This document shows positions 26,731 through 40,613 of a stretch of 64,000 bases of DNA, piece by piece. The notes beneath the pieces are model-generated. The model worked only from the letters and a program-made list of their open reading frames with translations, searched no databases and was not told the DNA's origin. Each line of letters begins with the position of its first letter. Positions within the stretch are counted from its first letter, which is position 1. Origin of the DNA: Octopus sinensis (taxonomy: Eukaryota); assembly GCF_006345805.1 (NCBI RefSeq), contig NC_042997.1, positions 64,046,001 through 64,110,000 of the forward strand, written 5' to 3'. The position numbers and the translations under genes were made by a program.

Positions 26731-27923
26731 CAATAATAACATATCTAATATATGTTCATATTGGTGTCAATTTGCTGTATTTTTACTCATTGACTTTCAT
26801 CGGTTTCATATATTACATGCTAAATTATGATTGGTATTAACTCAATTGAATACACCAATTAGCATCAACGTAAATCATTTGCAATAAAAGACAACAAGAA
26901 AACAACAATAGGTCATAAATTAGCAATAACAATTCTAATAAGAAAGTGAGTGAGCAAGCTATCCACGACATCGAATGAGCCTCTATATAGTTATTTCTGT
27001 TGGAAATTGCGGTGTAATTTGCTTCATTTTATATCCTACACCGTTTTATTAGACTAGAGGCATATTGGGTTATTTAGCCTTGGATCAATTATGTCGAAAA
27101 TGAAAGAAAAAAAGGCTAGACAATCTCTTTTCCTTTGCAACATCATTAACGTTGTATTTTCTCAAAGTGAGTTGATCTGGAACCGTTTGTGTTGGAAGCA
27201 GTGGATCTCCACCATGTGACGTAGGGAAATGAGTAGTCGTTCGATCAACTAAATTAACAGCACATAGATTAATATGAAACTGGTTGTGTATTTCTCAGAT
27301 GCTTGCACCTATGGTATCTTTCTCAAAATAAGTGAGAAACTGTTTGCTAACTCTTTCGTATAATTATACATAGAATCTACTTGATAGACGTTTATATAGT
27401 TTCCCAATAATTTCCTAAATACATCCTTCAAACATGCGAATCGTTGGAATCGAACTCGGGACTCGTGTTTGCGAAGCAAACCTCTTAACCATCCGACCAT
27501 ACGGTGTCTACATATCTGGAAGTAAACAACAATAAAACAAGAACGCTAACAGCTATTTCTAATTTAGAAACTCGGCAGAATACTTTGTAGGGCAAATTTG
27601 ACCGCAGCGTGTTTCGAACTCAAAACTAGTGAAAGCGTTAGAAAAAAATACTACAAGATATTTTTCACGACATTCGTACATTTTTTACAACACAGAAAAT
27701 GTTATTGGTTTCACTAAGGTTTCCGAAATTGTCGCAATTAAAATTTATTGATCTCCGTACAAACGTATGATGTATTCATGTTCATTTTAGAACGGAATGC
27801 TGAAATATAATCTTCTCATTGTTTAAATCCATGCAGCATCTAAGACAACACAAACATTTAATACCAAACTAACAATATTAGTGACTAATACAAACAGTGA
27901 CACATAACTGTAAAAAAGCTTAC

Positions 27924-28462
27924 CAATAAGTGGCAAAACGTCTGACGTGGGCGGCATATTTTCGGCCACAAGCATCATAAATACTGTCATGGACAGCAGT
28001 GTAGTAATACCCATGGTAACTTTCTCGCCAGAATCCGATGGTATATAGAAACCAAGGAGTGCCACTAACGTAATGAGAATACAGGGAAGAATCATGTTGA
28101 AGACGTAAAACAAAGGTCTACGACGTATTTGAATATAGTAAGTGATATCCGGATAAGGTTCAATGCAGCAAGAGTAGTAGACTAAATTCCATTCAACGTG
28201 AAGCTTAATGAGGACCCACTCGCTGTTACGGATGTAGTTGGAGATATCTCCTTCTTCAGAGTTCATGCGCAGCTGCAGCTGGAAACCGTCGTAAGTCCAC
28301 GAAGCAAACTGCATCGAGCAATTTTGCTCATCAAAAGGAAAGTAACGAACGTCTATTCTGCACGAACTTTTGAATATCACCATTGACAACCACGTGACGT
28401 TGCCTTCACTTGTAACGATAACATTTGAACTTAATGAAGAAAAATAAGAAGTCACGTCGGCA
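27924..28462 (-). CDS. nAChR alpha subunit, 539-nt exon (Cys-loop, loops B and C, M1, M2, M2-M3 loop); alpha9/alpha10-like or alpha7-superfamily
   Basis: Acceptor ttttgcag|T GCC GAC, donor ATT G|gtaagc. Motifs: Cys-loop CRIDVRYFPFDEQNC, FASWTY, vicinal YSCC, RRRPLFY-M1, SGEKVTMGITTLLSMTVFMMLVAE-M2, PPTSDVLPLIG. Subunit orthology cannot be assigned without a tree. Confidence 0.97.
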
Positions 28463-28650
28463 CTGCAAAATAGGAAGAGAAAAATTAATGATACATCAAT
28501 GTTAGATAAACAAAATTATGCGACAATGTCGTTCATTTGATCAAAATGCACTTCGTCGAAAAGTTTACCATAAAAAACAACTGATCGCAGTTGTTCGAAT
28601 CAACTTCTAATTCGATTATAGGAAATGGCAAGATATTTATTAAAAAAATA

Positions 28651-28866
28651 TTGATTTCAAATTTTGCATAAGTCCAGCAATTTCGGGGCAGTGAATAAGT
28701 CGATTACATTGACCCCAGTGTTCCACTGGTATTTAATTTATCGACCCCGAAAGGATGAAAAGTAAAGTCGACGTTGGCGGAATTGGAGCTCAGAACGAAA
28801 AATATGTATAAAATGTCCCCAATCCTTTTGTCTGGTGGGTTAACAAATCTGCCAGCTCACCGCCTT
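28651..28866 (-). mobile_element. SINE family B
   Basis: Ends in ctgccagctcaccgcctt; about 190 bp from the exon acceptor at 28462. Confidence 0.8.
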
Positions 28867-29464
28867 ATTTACAGGAAATATTAAGTATAAAAGTAAGGTT
28901 ATATAGTTTCATACTCTTAAAATATTTTTATTGCAAATTATCGTAGAGTTTATATGCATGTTACTTACCTTCCTAGTGTTTAGAAACCAGTGTGTTTTGA
29001 CTTAGAACATAAATATTATAGATATACAAGTGAATATATTCACCATAACGAAGGATTTCATATGATGTAAATTGTTCATTTAAATAAAACAAGTTAATAA
29101 AGAGGGATAGCACAAATATTTTACTTTTAGCTTGTATTCCGTAATTCGATTACTTTCCAATAATTCACTTCACTGTTTATTTTGGAAAATTTTCGTCGAC
29201 GAATTGTATTTTTTCAAGTAATAGTTTTCAAGCAAGAATTTTGAAAATCTGACACAAAACCATTTATTTATATGCAGGAGTGTTTAACTACCTATTTTTC
29301 CGACTGGAATGCAAATCAGAATAGAATGGCATATAAATATTTCTTGTGCAGGAAATGTAATGCAACAGGTATATGAATTTGTGTACTACAGTCATATAAC
29401 TTGACACTATTGAACTAGGATACATGTATGTTTATATGTGTGTGTATTTATACATATATCTGCG

Positions 29465-29511
<47 letters not shown>

Positions 29512-30509
29512 TTTACACACATATAAATACAAAGATTCACACACAAATACACATACACGCACAATAGTACACAAATTCGTTTAGATTTTCCAGTGATTGG
29601 CATCACAAATATATATTTAAACCCTAATCTTGTTACACTACGATGCCTGTACATCAAATATTACGTAAGATGCTATTCTGTTATACGTTTGCATTCCAGC
29701 TGAATTGTAAGAATACTCGAAATATATCTGGTTAAGTTTGTCCATGCAGTTAATATAAAGAATAGCGCAACATATTACTCAGTCCATTCACTCAAAGCCG
29801 CTTGCACAGACTTAGAACACTTTTCAACACGTTCCTCCGAAGAAGAGCTCATCGCCAGCCAAATACTTTTGGGGTTCAATGGATAAAGACATGCTAACAA
29901 GTAATACCTATACCATCTTGAACAGAAAAATGATATTTAAGAGTAAATTTAACTCTGATTTACAACGAAAATGTATGCCAATCCTAACATATCTTCAATT
30001 TTAAAAAATGGTAAGAGTAGCCTATCTAATTCTGATGTTGGAAATTTTACGGTTATTTTGAAAAACTATGCTGTAACTCAAAAACGATATGCATATTTCG
30101 TGAAGCCGCTTCCTTTCTAAAAGTTTACATTTAATTAGTTTATTCCTGTTCCATATATCTATGTTATCATAACCATTATTGGAATTTAATTCTAGAATCG
30201 TAGTTATTGTGGTTATTTCTTATTAACAGAGAAAAGAAAATAGTCATAATGTCCTGATACGTATTCGCATTTTCCTCTAAATTGGATCTTTTCGAACTAT
30301 TACACTATACTTAGGATGCATTGTCCGTTTTGGAAACCACTGCGGATGTATGTGGAACAAAATCCTGGGTTTGGTTAAAAAAAAGGGTAATTAAAAATGA
30401 AACAAAAAGCCCAGTTATAGCAGATCAAGCTCAATCAATAAAAACAAACTACTTTAGAAAATGTATGTATGAATAGGTTTCAGATAAATGTAGAGACTAT
30501 GGAATTTGG

Positions 30510-30960
30510 AATGAGACAGTGACACACATTGTTGAAGGATGTCCCAGTTTGGTGCAGGGAGAATATAAGAAATGGAGTCAGGATCAAGTTGTGAAAGTTC
30601 TACACTGGAAGCTGTGTCAGAAATGGGGATTTGAAGCTGGAGGTACATGGTATGATTATCAGGTGGAACGAGTGCTGGAGTCAGAGAAATGCAAAATTAT
30701 ATGGAGTTTTCCAATAAGAAGTTAGAAACAATAGACCAGACATAACAAAAGCAGAAAAGGAAAAGCGAAGTTGTTTACTAATTGCGCCATCATGTTCGTT
30801 TGATTCTAGGATTTTAAAGAAAGAGGATGAAAAACAAATGGTTGAAGGGGATTGGAATAGAATGTCCTATGGAGCTTCTACAGAAAGTTTGCGCGCCTTA
30901 GGGAGAGGAAAGTTCATCAGAACATGTGCTGCTCCACTGACAGCTGGAGATTTTGCCCAA
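30510..30960 (+). mobile_element. Old RLE-clade (R4/Dong-like) LINE 3' relic
   Basis: THIVEGCPSLVQGEYKK..DQVVKVLHWKLCQKWG...KIIWSFPI matches the zinc-knuckle/RLE region. Confidence 0.7.
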
Positions 30961-31638
30961 TATTTCTTTTGGACATTCATAGTATATAACCTTTCACACT
31001 AAGTCATTTTCTATATAGACATTAATTTAAATATCAACATATATATTTAATGTACATTTCGTAATATTTAAATTTCAAATTTATTAATTTGTATGTTCAA
31101 CATTAATCAAAATATTCACATAAGCTTTTAATCAAATTTATCTTGTATAGATAGGAAATGTCTATTTCTGGTAAGCTACATAGAATATAACAACTACGTT
31201 TATATAAAGTAATATAAAAATTTGATCAGACGGCATACGTTCATACATTTCATACCTAATAGTATATGTACGTGTATTATTTATATTCATGATCTTTTTA
31301 TATAGTACGTAATTAATATTCACTGTGTAGAATAATGCTATTGTGTATATAAGATGTATGCAAATATTGTTACTGGTGAATAAACAGCATAAACAAAAAT
31401 GCAATGAAGTAGTATATTAATATTTTAAGTGTTATGATATCAGTGCACGTTGAAGATGATACTTCGATGCTGCACATTTAGATTTATACCAAAAGCAGTA
31501 TTTACCCTAATGCATGCTAACTGATTTAGTGATCTGAGGAAGAAATGAATTTACACCCTTTTTACTGATCCACAAACTTATAGAATATAGATGAAATGTG
31601 TTTTCATGGTGATTCCTTTTTTAATAATACACCGAATA

Positions 31639-31733
<95 letters not shown>

Positions 31734-31754
31734 GTCTGTCTGTCTGTCTGACTG

Positions 31755-31842
<88 letters not shown>

Positions 31843-33366
31843 TAATCTTTACTGGTAAAGAATCAGATTCATATGTACATCATTTTACCAGAAATATTAC
31901 ATGTTCCTGTTTATTTATTCAACATGAGGTTCGTTTACAGATTATGCACTCCTTTCTTGCAATACATCTAGTAACAGAAAAACAATTAATTGGTTTAATA
32001 TTTTACTCTATGGTATTTTTTTCCTAAAAAGTTCTCTGCATCTATTTACTATTATATTATTGGCATACTGTTTGACGAGTATCGACATATCGGAATAAAT
32101 ATCACCTTGTCAACTGCTTACTATAGTTTGCTGATTAATATTTCTAACAGTCTAATCGCAATGTTTGCTACAGCATGGACGTTTCGTATCAACATTTATG
32201 TTCCCGGCAACGTTTTCAAAAGATTGTATTTTGCAGCTCTTGTAAAATCGGGACCTATTTGTTTTGCCAAGACGTGTAGTTTCAGGAATAAAATAATCCA
32301 CTACATGGTCATGATAAAATTTGGATGTGATTCTTAGTATTCTTTGGAGAACTAACACTGCACGATTATGTTGCCAGTCTTTAGTGTAATTGTAAACACA
32401 TACACACACGCACACACACACGCACACACATACATAACAACAACAACAAATAGTGAGGGATTATCATTCCGGAGAAAATCCTTCGTATGGTCTCAGTTGG
32501 AACACCGAATATCAATATTAGTTAGATAATCTTTTGGTCGGTTTCCAAGTTATGATTCATCACAATTCTATATTGTAATTCCGTGGCTGAACTCAAGATA
32601 AACTGGTTTTTACTGAGTGATATATAAGAAACAATTTTAAACAATGGTCATTACATATAATTCCTTTATTGTAGCAAATTTGGCTTACAGTTGTTTCCAG
32701 TAGTCATTAGAAGTACATTACTGATAGGTCTACTCAATTAGTCTCTTGAGAAAATTAATGCTAGTTTCGTCAGAGCCATATCTGGAAACAACAAACAGAG
32801 CATTTGAGGAATGGCTATTGTGTGGGAAGGTGGAGGAACATTTGATTTCTTTCGTAACAAGAAACTGTTTAGAGAAAATGAGATGAACAGCTACGGATAA
32901 ATTGAGTGTATATATTTTGGTAGTTCATCGGGGCAAGAACTAGTATTCGTTGAAGATATAGAATGAAGACATATTTCGGTCTGAAAGTGGCTGAAGTACG
33001 GAGGAGACTAGAATTTGTAGTTTTTGAAAATCTTAATCGATAACTGTTCTTGTGAGACTGCAGTATATTATTGTATTTATTTGTGCGTGTATGCTTGTAT
33101 ATAAATGTGTGCACTTGTATCCACCTTCTTATATTTCTCTATATTAATTTAACTGAAGTAAACAATGAGCCAACAAAATCAATTGCGGGATGCCTAAAGA
33201 TTCCTAGCGGTATTTTAGTTATGAAAACAACAAAATCGTTGCAAGTTTCAACTCAACACAAATTATGATTTAAAAATGTGATGTTACTGAAAAAAAAAAT
33301 GTATCCCCAAGCAGATTTTTTCTTTTCTGTCTTTTCTGTAATACCAATATTACAAAATTGCCTGTG

Positions 33367-33468
<102 letters not shown>

Positions 33469-36400
33469 CATCTGTATTTTCTATTTATTTATCTATCTAT
33501 CTACCTATCCATCTATTATTTCTCTCTTTCTCTCACTCTCTCACACACATACACACAATTAGTTTACAATTTAACTGATTGAAAAATTACCTCTAGGAAG
33601 CTGAGATTGCACGTTCGCTAAAATATATAAAAATTGGTAAACAAATCTTTTATTTTGTTATTAGCATAATTAAATTTGATTCAAAAGATTAATTATTTCT
33701 ACTTGCAGCTAAAGATACGTTGTGCTTTCATTTTTCTGTTATTATAACTATCCTATTATGCTGCAGGTCAAATTAATTTTCATTTAACGGATATACGTGT
33801 CCATTCTAACTTGAAGACGTCATACCGAAATTTTTAATCACAGGAAGATGATTGCCTTAGTTATGAGTGAGCAATTTATGTTCATTATGAGATTGGTCTG
33901 TTTGTCAACAAAAAATCCTAATACATAGAGTATATAGGAAGAAAGAATGTATATAAAGTTATGAATGGACATAATTAATACTATTTGCGCATAGTAATTA
34001 TCGATTGTTATTTGTGAAAGGGCTTCAACGTTGAAGAAATATAAAATGTGAGGCTGTAATTTTGTAATTTTATAATGTTTGTGGTTACAAAATCTAATGA
34101 GTTGGAAGTTTTTAGCCTTCATCCCGACTCGATAGACTACCAATAATATACTCTGTCAAACCAATGCATTATGTGTGACTCATAAATTTGAAAACGTCAC
34201 AAATATAGTAGTTCATTCTTCTTATTTTTTATATCGGTTGGTAAAGGGAAAAAGGGAAGTGTGTTTGATATTTAATCGTCATCTTGTGGGAGAAAAGGCT
34301 AAGAAACGACGACTTATATGCTTTCTATGAAGAAGAAACCCACAGAGTTACTAAGTCTTCTCAGGCGGTAGACGTCGTGAAATCTACTAAATGCACCGAA
34401 TATATGACAGATTAAACTGATCACAAAAAAAAGATGGCACTGTTTCACATACTTTATATTCTAGCATATCACAGGTCATGGGTCGAACCCAAATTACGAC
34501 CAGCATCAATTAACCATATCAAATTCCATTTTTTTCAGAAATCATAACGTTTGTTTCTGGATGTGAAATGAAATTATAACTATACGAAATTTTATTAAAA
34601 AGTTCAGCATATCTACAAGCGGACACACGTATAACCAACCTTTCATAGAAACTTCTTTGAGTAAATTAGTTATCTATTAAAACGTGTATATACGTAATAG
34701 GAGGTGTTGTACAAGAAGCTAGTTTCCGTGAAACAGGACTTGAACTTGTTTTCTCTTGTTGGTCGAGGAAATTTTGTGTCTTGTATAGTCATTAGTCTTG
34801 GTGCAGAATAGGTTTAATTACCTCACTTAAATTCATTGATTTGTAAATGAGAAGGAATTAGCTTAGTACAGAATTACTAATATAGCGGGATGTTGATACA
34901 TGCTAGATGTTGGTTAATTCTGCTTTTATTAAACAATTTGCTGTATGCAGTGAAGAATTGTCTTTGATCAACAATGAAAATATCCGTTTGCATGCAAGGA
35001 TCTCATTCATGCTTGCAAGAGAAATAAGCGAGTTGGATTATATTTTTCTATTATTCACTGGATTTCTTTTTGTTTTGCTTCAAAATCGTTTTTCTCAATA
35101 CATCCATTTACTAAAGACCAGGGAACTAAACTATTCTCCTTCTGCTTAGAAATATATTGCGTAACAATGGTACTAATTATATTGATTGCTTAATTGATAA
35201 TTGTATAAGGATGGTTAGAACGTATTTTGGAAGACAGTTGACCTTTTTCTTATTAAAGGGTTATTTAGCAGCTATTAGTCCTAAGGTGCTATATAATTTG
35301 GTCATGTTTGTATTAGTCTTAGCAGTGATGGTTGAATTCAATATAAGTAGTAACTATTCTCTTGATTGTATATACATGGACGTCATGTTTGAAAATTTTC
35401 ATTTCTTGCGAGATTCATAATACAGGTTCATAATACGGAAATCAAGTCCTAAAATGAAGAAAAGAACGACTGATTGCGTGGTTAAAGACAGGTGTGAATG
35501 CTCTGTGTATGTGCGCATTGTAATGCGTGCGTTTGTGTGTATAATCGATGAAATCACTCTTAATCAAATAATACTTGAAATGTGATCAAATGGAGTCAAT
35601 GTTTAGATTAAAATCGCTTTTCAGTCGCACGCATGTGAAATATTTACTACCAATGCTTTTATTGAGACGACTTACTGAAGGCAGATTATTATCGAAAAAT
35701 CTACATTAGTACTTAGGAAAGCAATATGATTTCTTTTCAGTGATATAACATGTAATTACATGGATTATCCATGAGTAATTTATAACCAAGAGATTTGTTA
35801 TGTAATTATTCATAATATTGTTCATACTATCACAACTACATTGTGTTTGTGAATTACCTTGTTAATAATAGCTACATAATAAACCACACCGAAAGAAAAC
35901 TAAAACTTACCAAATTATATGTTAAGTCGCTATTTATGTGCCAAGTGAGATCATAATGACTATAGTCTTTTGTCGCAGCTATTACTTAGTTTCCGAAAAC
36001 ATAGACATTTCCAGAAAAGATAACGAAATAAATGCACAATGGAAGTAATCAATTGATACCAAATTCCGAGAGAACACGAACGAGAAAATCAGTATTCTAA
36101 CTGAACGTACTAACTATAATCGACTACATCTAAATTTGAATGTATATGTACCCCAGTAAACACTGTCCTTAGCGTTAATCGCATAAGAGACGAATCGCTT
36201 CATGAATTGAGAGCTAGTGTACAGTAGTAACTCTACAACAGGAGTTACAAATAAGTGCAGCAATACAAGCCAACGAAACACGTATCTGTTCTACACTGAT
36301 GCTTCTCTATTACGGAATTAGTTTGTAAGCGATGATTTTAAAGATTAAAGGAAGCAACAATAGAATACCTACCTATTCAGGGTAGCTCTACTTAGCCGAG

Positions 36401-37054
36401 CGTCTCACAATATTTAAATTATAGATAATTATTGTTGCCTATGTTGCATTTTCTGAATAATCAAAAATATACATAGAGATGACGCTTATCAGGATTTCCT
36501 GCACTAGATCCGATGGAATACATTTTTAGAAGAATAATACAGTAAAGCTACTCTAATTGGTATCGATATAACTTGGTACAAAATCTCAATTTTTTCAAGA
36601 AAATTTTTCAATGTGACTAGATATGAAAAACGAACTTTAGCATATTTTCTGACAGTCTGCCATAATTTTCCATCATTAAAATTACATTTGTAATTAATAT
36701 TGTACAACTAAAGACATACAAAATGTCAACAAATTTAAACTGAAATATAAACTTTGTAACAACCAAGATATTGATTAGGGAGATTATAGGGATGAAGGAA
36801 TGTGCCTACATTGCTAGTTGTAATTGTTGCAATTGAAATGATACTCAATGACTATAGGGAAAGACAATGACAGATTAACAATAGTGATTGAGACACGCAG
36901 GTTCCAGAAAATAGCAATAGCAATACAAGAATCTGCAAATACAGCTTGGATGTTATCTTACAAGATTTACTAATATTTCGAAATGTTTGTTTTCTTTGAA
37001 CTTTTTTACGCATTGCATACATCTACTTAGCAATTTATCTTATAAACTTTGAAC

Positions 37055-37115
<61 letters not shown>

Positions 37116-37116
<1 letters not shown>

Positions 37117-37916
37117 TAAGCAAACTTTATTGTTTTGGTCTTTCACAACAATATCTGGTTTATTGGCCTTGATGGTTCGGTCTGTATGTACTGGAAAGTC
37201 CCACAGGATGGTTACATTTTCTCCTTCAGTTACAGCCTCAGGGTGGTGATTATACCACTTGTCAGCAGTTTTGATATTGTAATGCCGACTTATTAGCCAG
37301 TGGAGATATTGGCCAAATCTGTCATGTCTTAATTTATACTCCACTGGTGCTAAGACTTTACATCCAGAGATTAGGTGGTCCACTGTTTCAATCATGTCGT
37401 TGCAGAATCGGCATTTTGGGTCTGCTCCATTTAAGAAAACAAAAACAAAAAAAAAACAATAAAGTTTGCTTATTGATCGACATGAGCATCCCCTGTGATC
37501 ATAATATCTCAGCGAAAGAGTTTGACAAGCTCAGAAAATATAAAGACCTACTCATTGAAATTGAGAAAATGTGGCATCTCAAGGCGGTTACAATACCAGT
37601 GATCGTAGGAGCACTAGGAATGATCAAGAAGGGAACCGAAAATTATATGAGAATGATCCCTGGCTTACCATCCCTGCAAGAAATGCAAAAGATTGTCTTA
37701 ACTGGTACATCACACGTATTGAGAAGAGCATTGTCGATGTGAGAACTGTTGCTGCTCATGTATTTTAATTTAACTTAAAAAAAAAAATTAAAAAAATGAA
37801 CGAACTACTGAGTTTGGTTTAATGGCCTACCAATGTATACTATGAGTTTCTTTGCCCTAGGAGTCGGGAAGACACTCGGCAAGAAATGGAAGCAAATTTG
37901 AAAGAAGAAAAAAAAA
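37116..37916 (+). mobile_element. Young 5'-truncated, 5'-inverted copy of the 41420-45389 LINE
   Basis: 37116-37432 is the reverse complement of 44626-44942. 37453-37916 matches 44922 to the 3' end. (TAA)n on both sides. Confidence 0.92.
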
Positions 37917-37949
37917 GTAATAATGATAATAATAACAATGATAATAATA

Positions 37950-38165
37950 ATGGATGCAAATTTTGCTACAACAGCAGCAATTTTGCGGGGAGGGGATCAG
38001 TCGATTATGTCGACCCCTGTACTCGACTGGCACTTATTTTATCGACCACGAAAGGATGAAAGGTAAATTCAACCCCGGCGGACATTGAATTCAAAACGTG
38101 TAGACGGGAGAAATGTTGCGAAGCATTTTACTCGACTTGCTAAGTATTATCCGAGCTCATCAACT
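37950..38165 (-). mobile_element. SINE family B
   Basis: Homologous to 28651-28866. Confidence 0.7.
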
Positions 38166-38168
38166 TAA

Positions 38169-38304
38169 CCTTTTGACACCTGACTTCCTGAACCATATTT
38201 TACCATATACCTAGCGCTCCACCAGTGCTACGGAATGGAGCGGTGCTACGGTAGAAAGAAAAATAAGTCATCCACCGGTAAACCGGTGTTACGGGGTCAA
38301 AGGG
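38169..38304. mobile_element. piggyBac-like MITE candidate
   Basis: ttaa|ccttttgacacc ... ggggtcaaaggg|tgaa: short TIRs with TTAA and a degenerate TTAA at the ends. Confidence 0.4.
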
Positions 38305-38359
<55 letters not shown>

Positions 38360-38380
38360 TGATGATGGCGATAATATTAC

Positions 38381-38437
<57 letters not shown>

Positions 38438-38538
38438 GCAGCAGCAGTAGCAGCAGCAGAAGAAGAATAAGAAGAAGAATAATAAAAAGATGAAGAAGAA
38501 GTGGAAGAAAAGAAGAAGAAAACATGAAAGCTACTTAC

Positions 38539-38648
38539 TTATTGTATAGTAGTATATCAGGTTTCCAGACATCTGTAAAAGGAATCCGGACCACTTTGAT
38601 ACCATTGTATTTGTCAGGATCCCATCGCAGATTAACGTCCAACCAAAC
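38539..38648 (-). CDS. nAChR alpha subunit, internal 110-nt exon ([37 protein letters not shown], loop A)
   Basis: Minus strand reads ctaatgtag|GTTTGG...TACAATAA|gtaagt. It contains the WKPDILLYN motif. The phase-2 end AA joins T of the next exon to give N-A-D. Not in the supplied ORF track; translated by hand. Confidence 0.95.
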
Positions 38649-39057
38649 CTACATTAGAAGAGACCGGATTCACTAAGGGATAGGCAATGATTTATTGAGT
38701 CAAACATAATTATAAAGCATTCTCAGCGGAGACATAAATTGTGTTAAAATGAATTATAAAATATTTTTAGCACATGGTTGACATTAAAAAGTATTCCGAT
38801 TTGAAAGTGTACGTTTTAATGGAAAATTTTGCGCAAGATGAAAAGAACAATCTAAAACGAAATTAAAGATGGTTAGCATCAGCGTGTAAAAGTACACTTG
38901 AATCCACATGATTCCGAGTTCGATCCCTTTGCGTAACAGATTGGGCACATGTTCCGAAGAGTAACCTTCCGTTAAGAAATGTTTGGCGAGCGGAATGTGT
39001 CAAATACAATCTGCATGAAACAGATTGCGCGCACACGCACACACACACACGCACACG

Positions 39058-39104
<47 letters not shown>

Positions 39105-39295
39105 ACACACACATACACACGCATATATATATATATATTACTGCCAGTATTACATAAATGCCTTTTGAAAATTATATAAGGAAATTAAATTATTTACTCG
39201 GTGCCTAACAAAGGAAAAAATTACATAGGATGTGTGAATGGAAATATATAATTCCATTGTGCAAATTATCAACAACACCAGAGAAGTGCCTAGAA

Positions 39296-39605
39296 CAGAG
39301 CTACACAAGCTGAGATCCGCGGGCCGCATGCGACCTGCTTGATACTTTACTGAAATGGGTTTATTTAAACAAACATTTTAAAAATTTTATCAAAAATTAA
39401 AGACTGTAATAAAAAGTAAAAAAAGAAAGATACTACTGTTTTTGCGACGATAATATTTTATGTTGAATCAACGATCTTTCATTCATTATTGTAATAATAT
39501 CATGAGAAAGCAAATTACTTTCAATTCTGTCAGTACACAAGCGGCCCTCAAAAGACTTTCTGCGATTAAAGTGGCTTGCAATGTAATTCGAGTTGGCCAG
39601 GCCTG
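39296..39605. mobile_element. hAT (Charlie-like) non-autonomous element
   Basis: Ends cagagctacacaag...ccgcgggccgcatgcg and gttggccaggcctg; 8-bp TSD gcctagaa / gcccagaa (7 of 8 match). Confidence 0.65.
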
Positions 39606-40429
39606 GCCCAGAACAAGTCATAATGTAATAAGACCGCGCGAAGAGAGGGGAGAAGGTTGAAGCAGGATACACTGTCGGGACGAATGTCGCAAATTTTACT
39701 CTCCGAGACTATAACAGCTTTTCCAAAATACCGTCTGCAATTATGGCCAATGTACTCTTAATAAAAGGGCTTGAAAACGAATAACATATAATGATAAATC
39801 CTAAACTTCAAGACACCTAAAGGCTACTGGCATTCAGAAATTAAAGAAGAGCAGCAGAAAGTAACAATATAAATGAAAGCAAATGTGAGGAATATATAAG
39901 ATTAGAAAGTATTGAAGATGGAAATCATGATAATGTAATGGCAGAAATAAAACAAAAATTACCAAAAAATCAATAATTGCACCACTCGCTTATACAACTC
40001 AGCAATAAAATAGCAGCAGCACTAAGTAAGCAAATCCAGGTATTGCATACTTAATTGAAACAGGCACACATATCAATAACAGTAGTTATTGTAGAAACTG
40101 GGTATTTCCTGAGATTTACCTAAATGAGGATATAAAAATCCCAAGCAAATAACACGCAAAACAATTTCACAGGGAATTATCAAAACGAAACCTTTCTTTA
40201 TTAGAAGAATATTCCTTAAGGAATCCAATTGATTAATCCTTTTCTGTTAGGCAGTACACTTTAAACTATTCGACATGTGGAACTGAACAGAACTCGGGAA
40301 TATCTCTTATTAGTAGGCAATGAACTATATTCTGGATATGGACGAGTCAATGTATACGCTGCACACTAGAAGCAACAAGAAACTCTACTACACAAAACAG
40401 ACTACAGAATAATAATGATGATGACGACG

Positions 40430-40471
<42 letters not shown>

Positions 40472-40509
40472 TAATAATAATAATAATGATGATGATGATG
40501 ATGATGATG

Positions 40510-40584
<75 letters not shown>

Positions 40585-40613
40585 TGATGATGATGATGAT
40601 GATAATAATAAGA

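Noticed and set aside
27823-28455. Track ORF (210 aa) as a complete single-exon gene
   Set aside because: The GTG start lies 7 nt inside a splice acceptor, and the sequence after PLIG is intron read-through past a GTAAG donor.
27924-28462. Cephalopod chemotactile receptor or anion-selective nAChR
   Set aside because: The vicinal cysteines and aromatic box are intact and M2 has GEK with no Pro at -2'. These are features of a canonical cationic alpha subunit.
29640-30160. Possible Tc1-like transposase relic
   Set aside because: No convincing DDE or WP..SPDL motif was recovered by hand translation.
32700-32790. Hammerhead-like pieces (ctgatag / ctgacgaaac) within a gttgtttccag inverted repeat
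   Set aside because: The core elements are in the wrong order or have too many mismatches on either strand.
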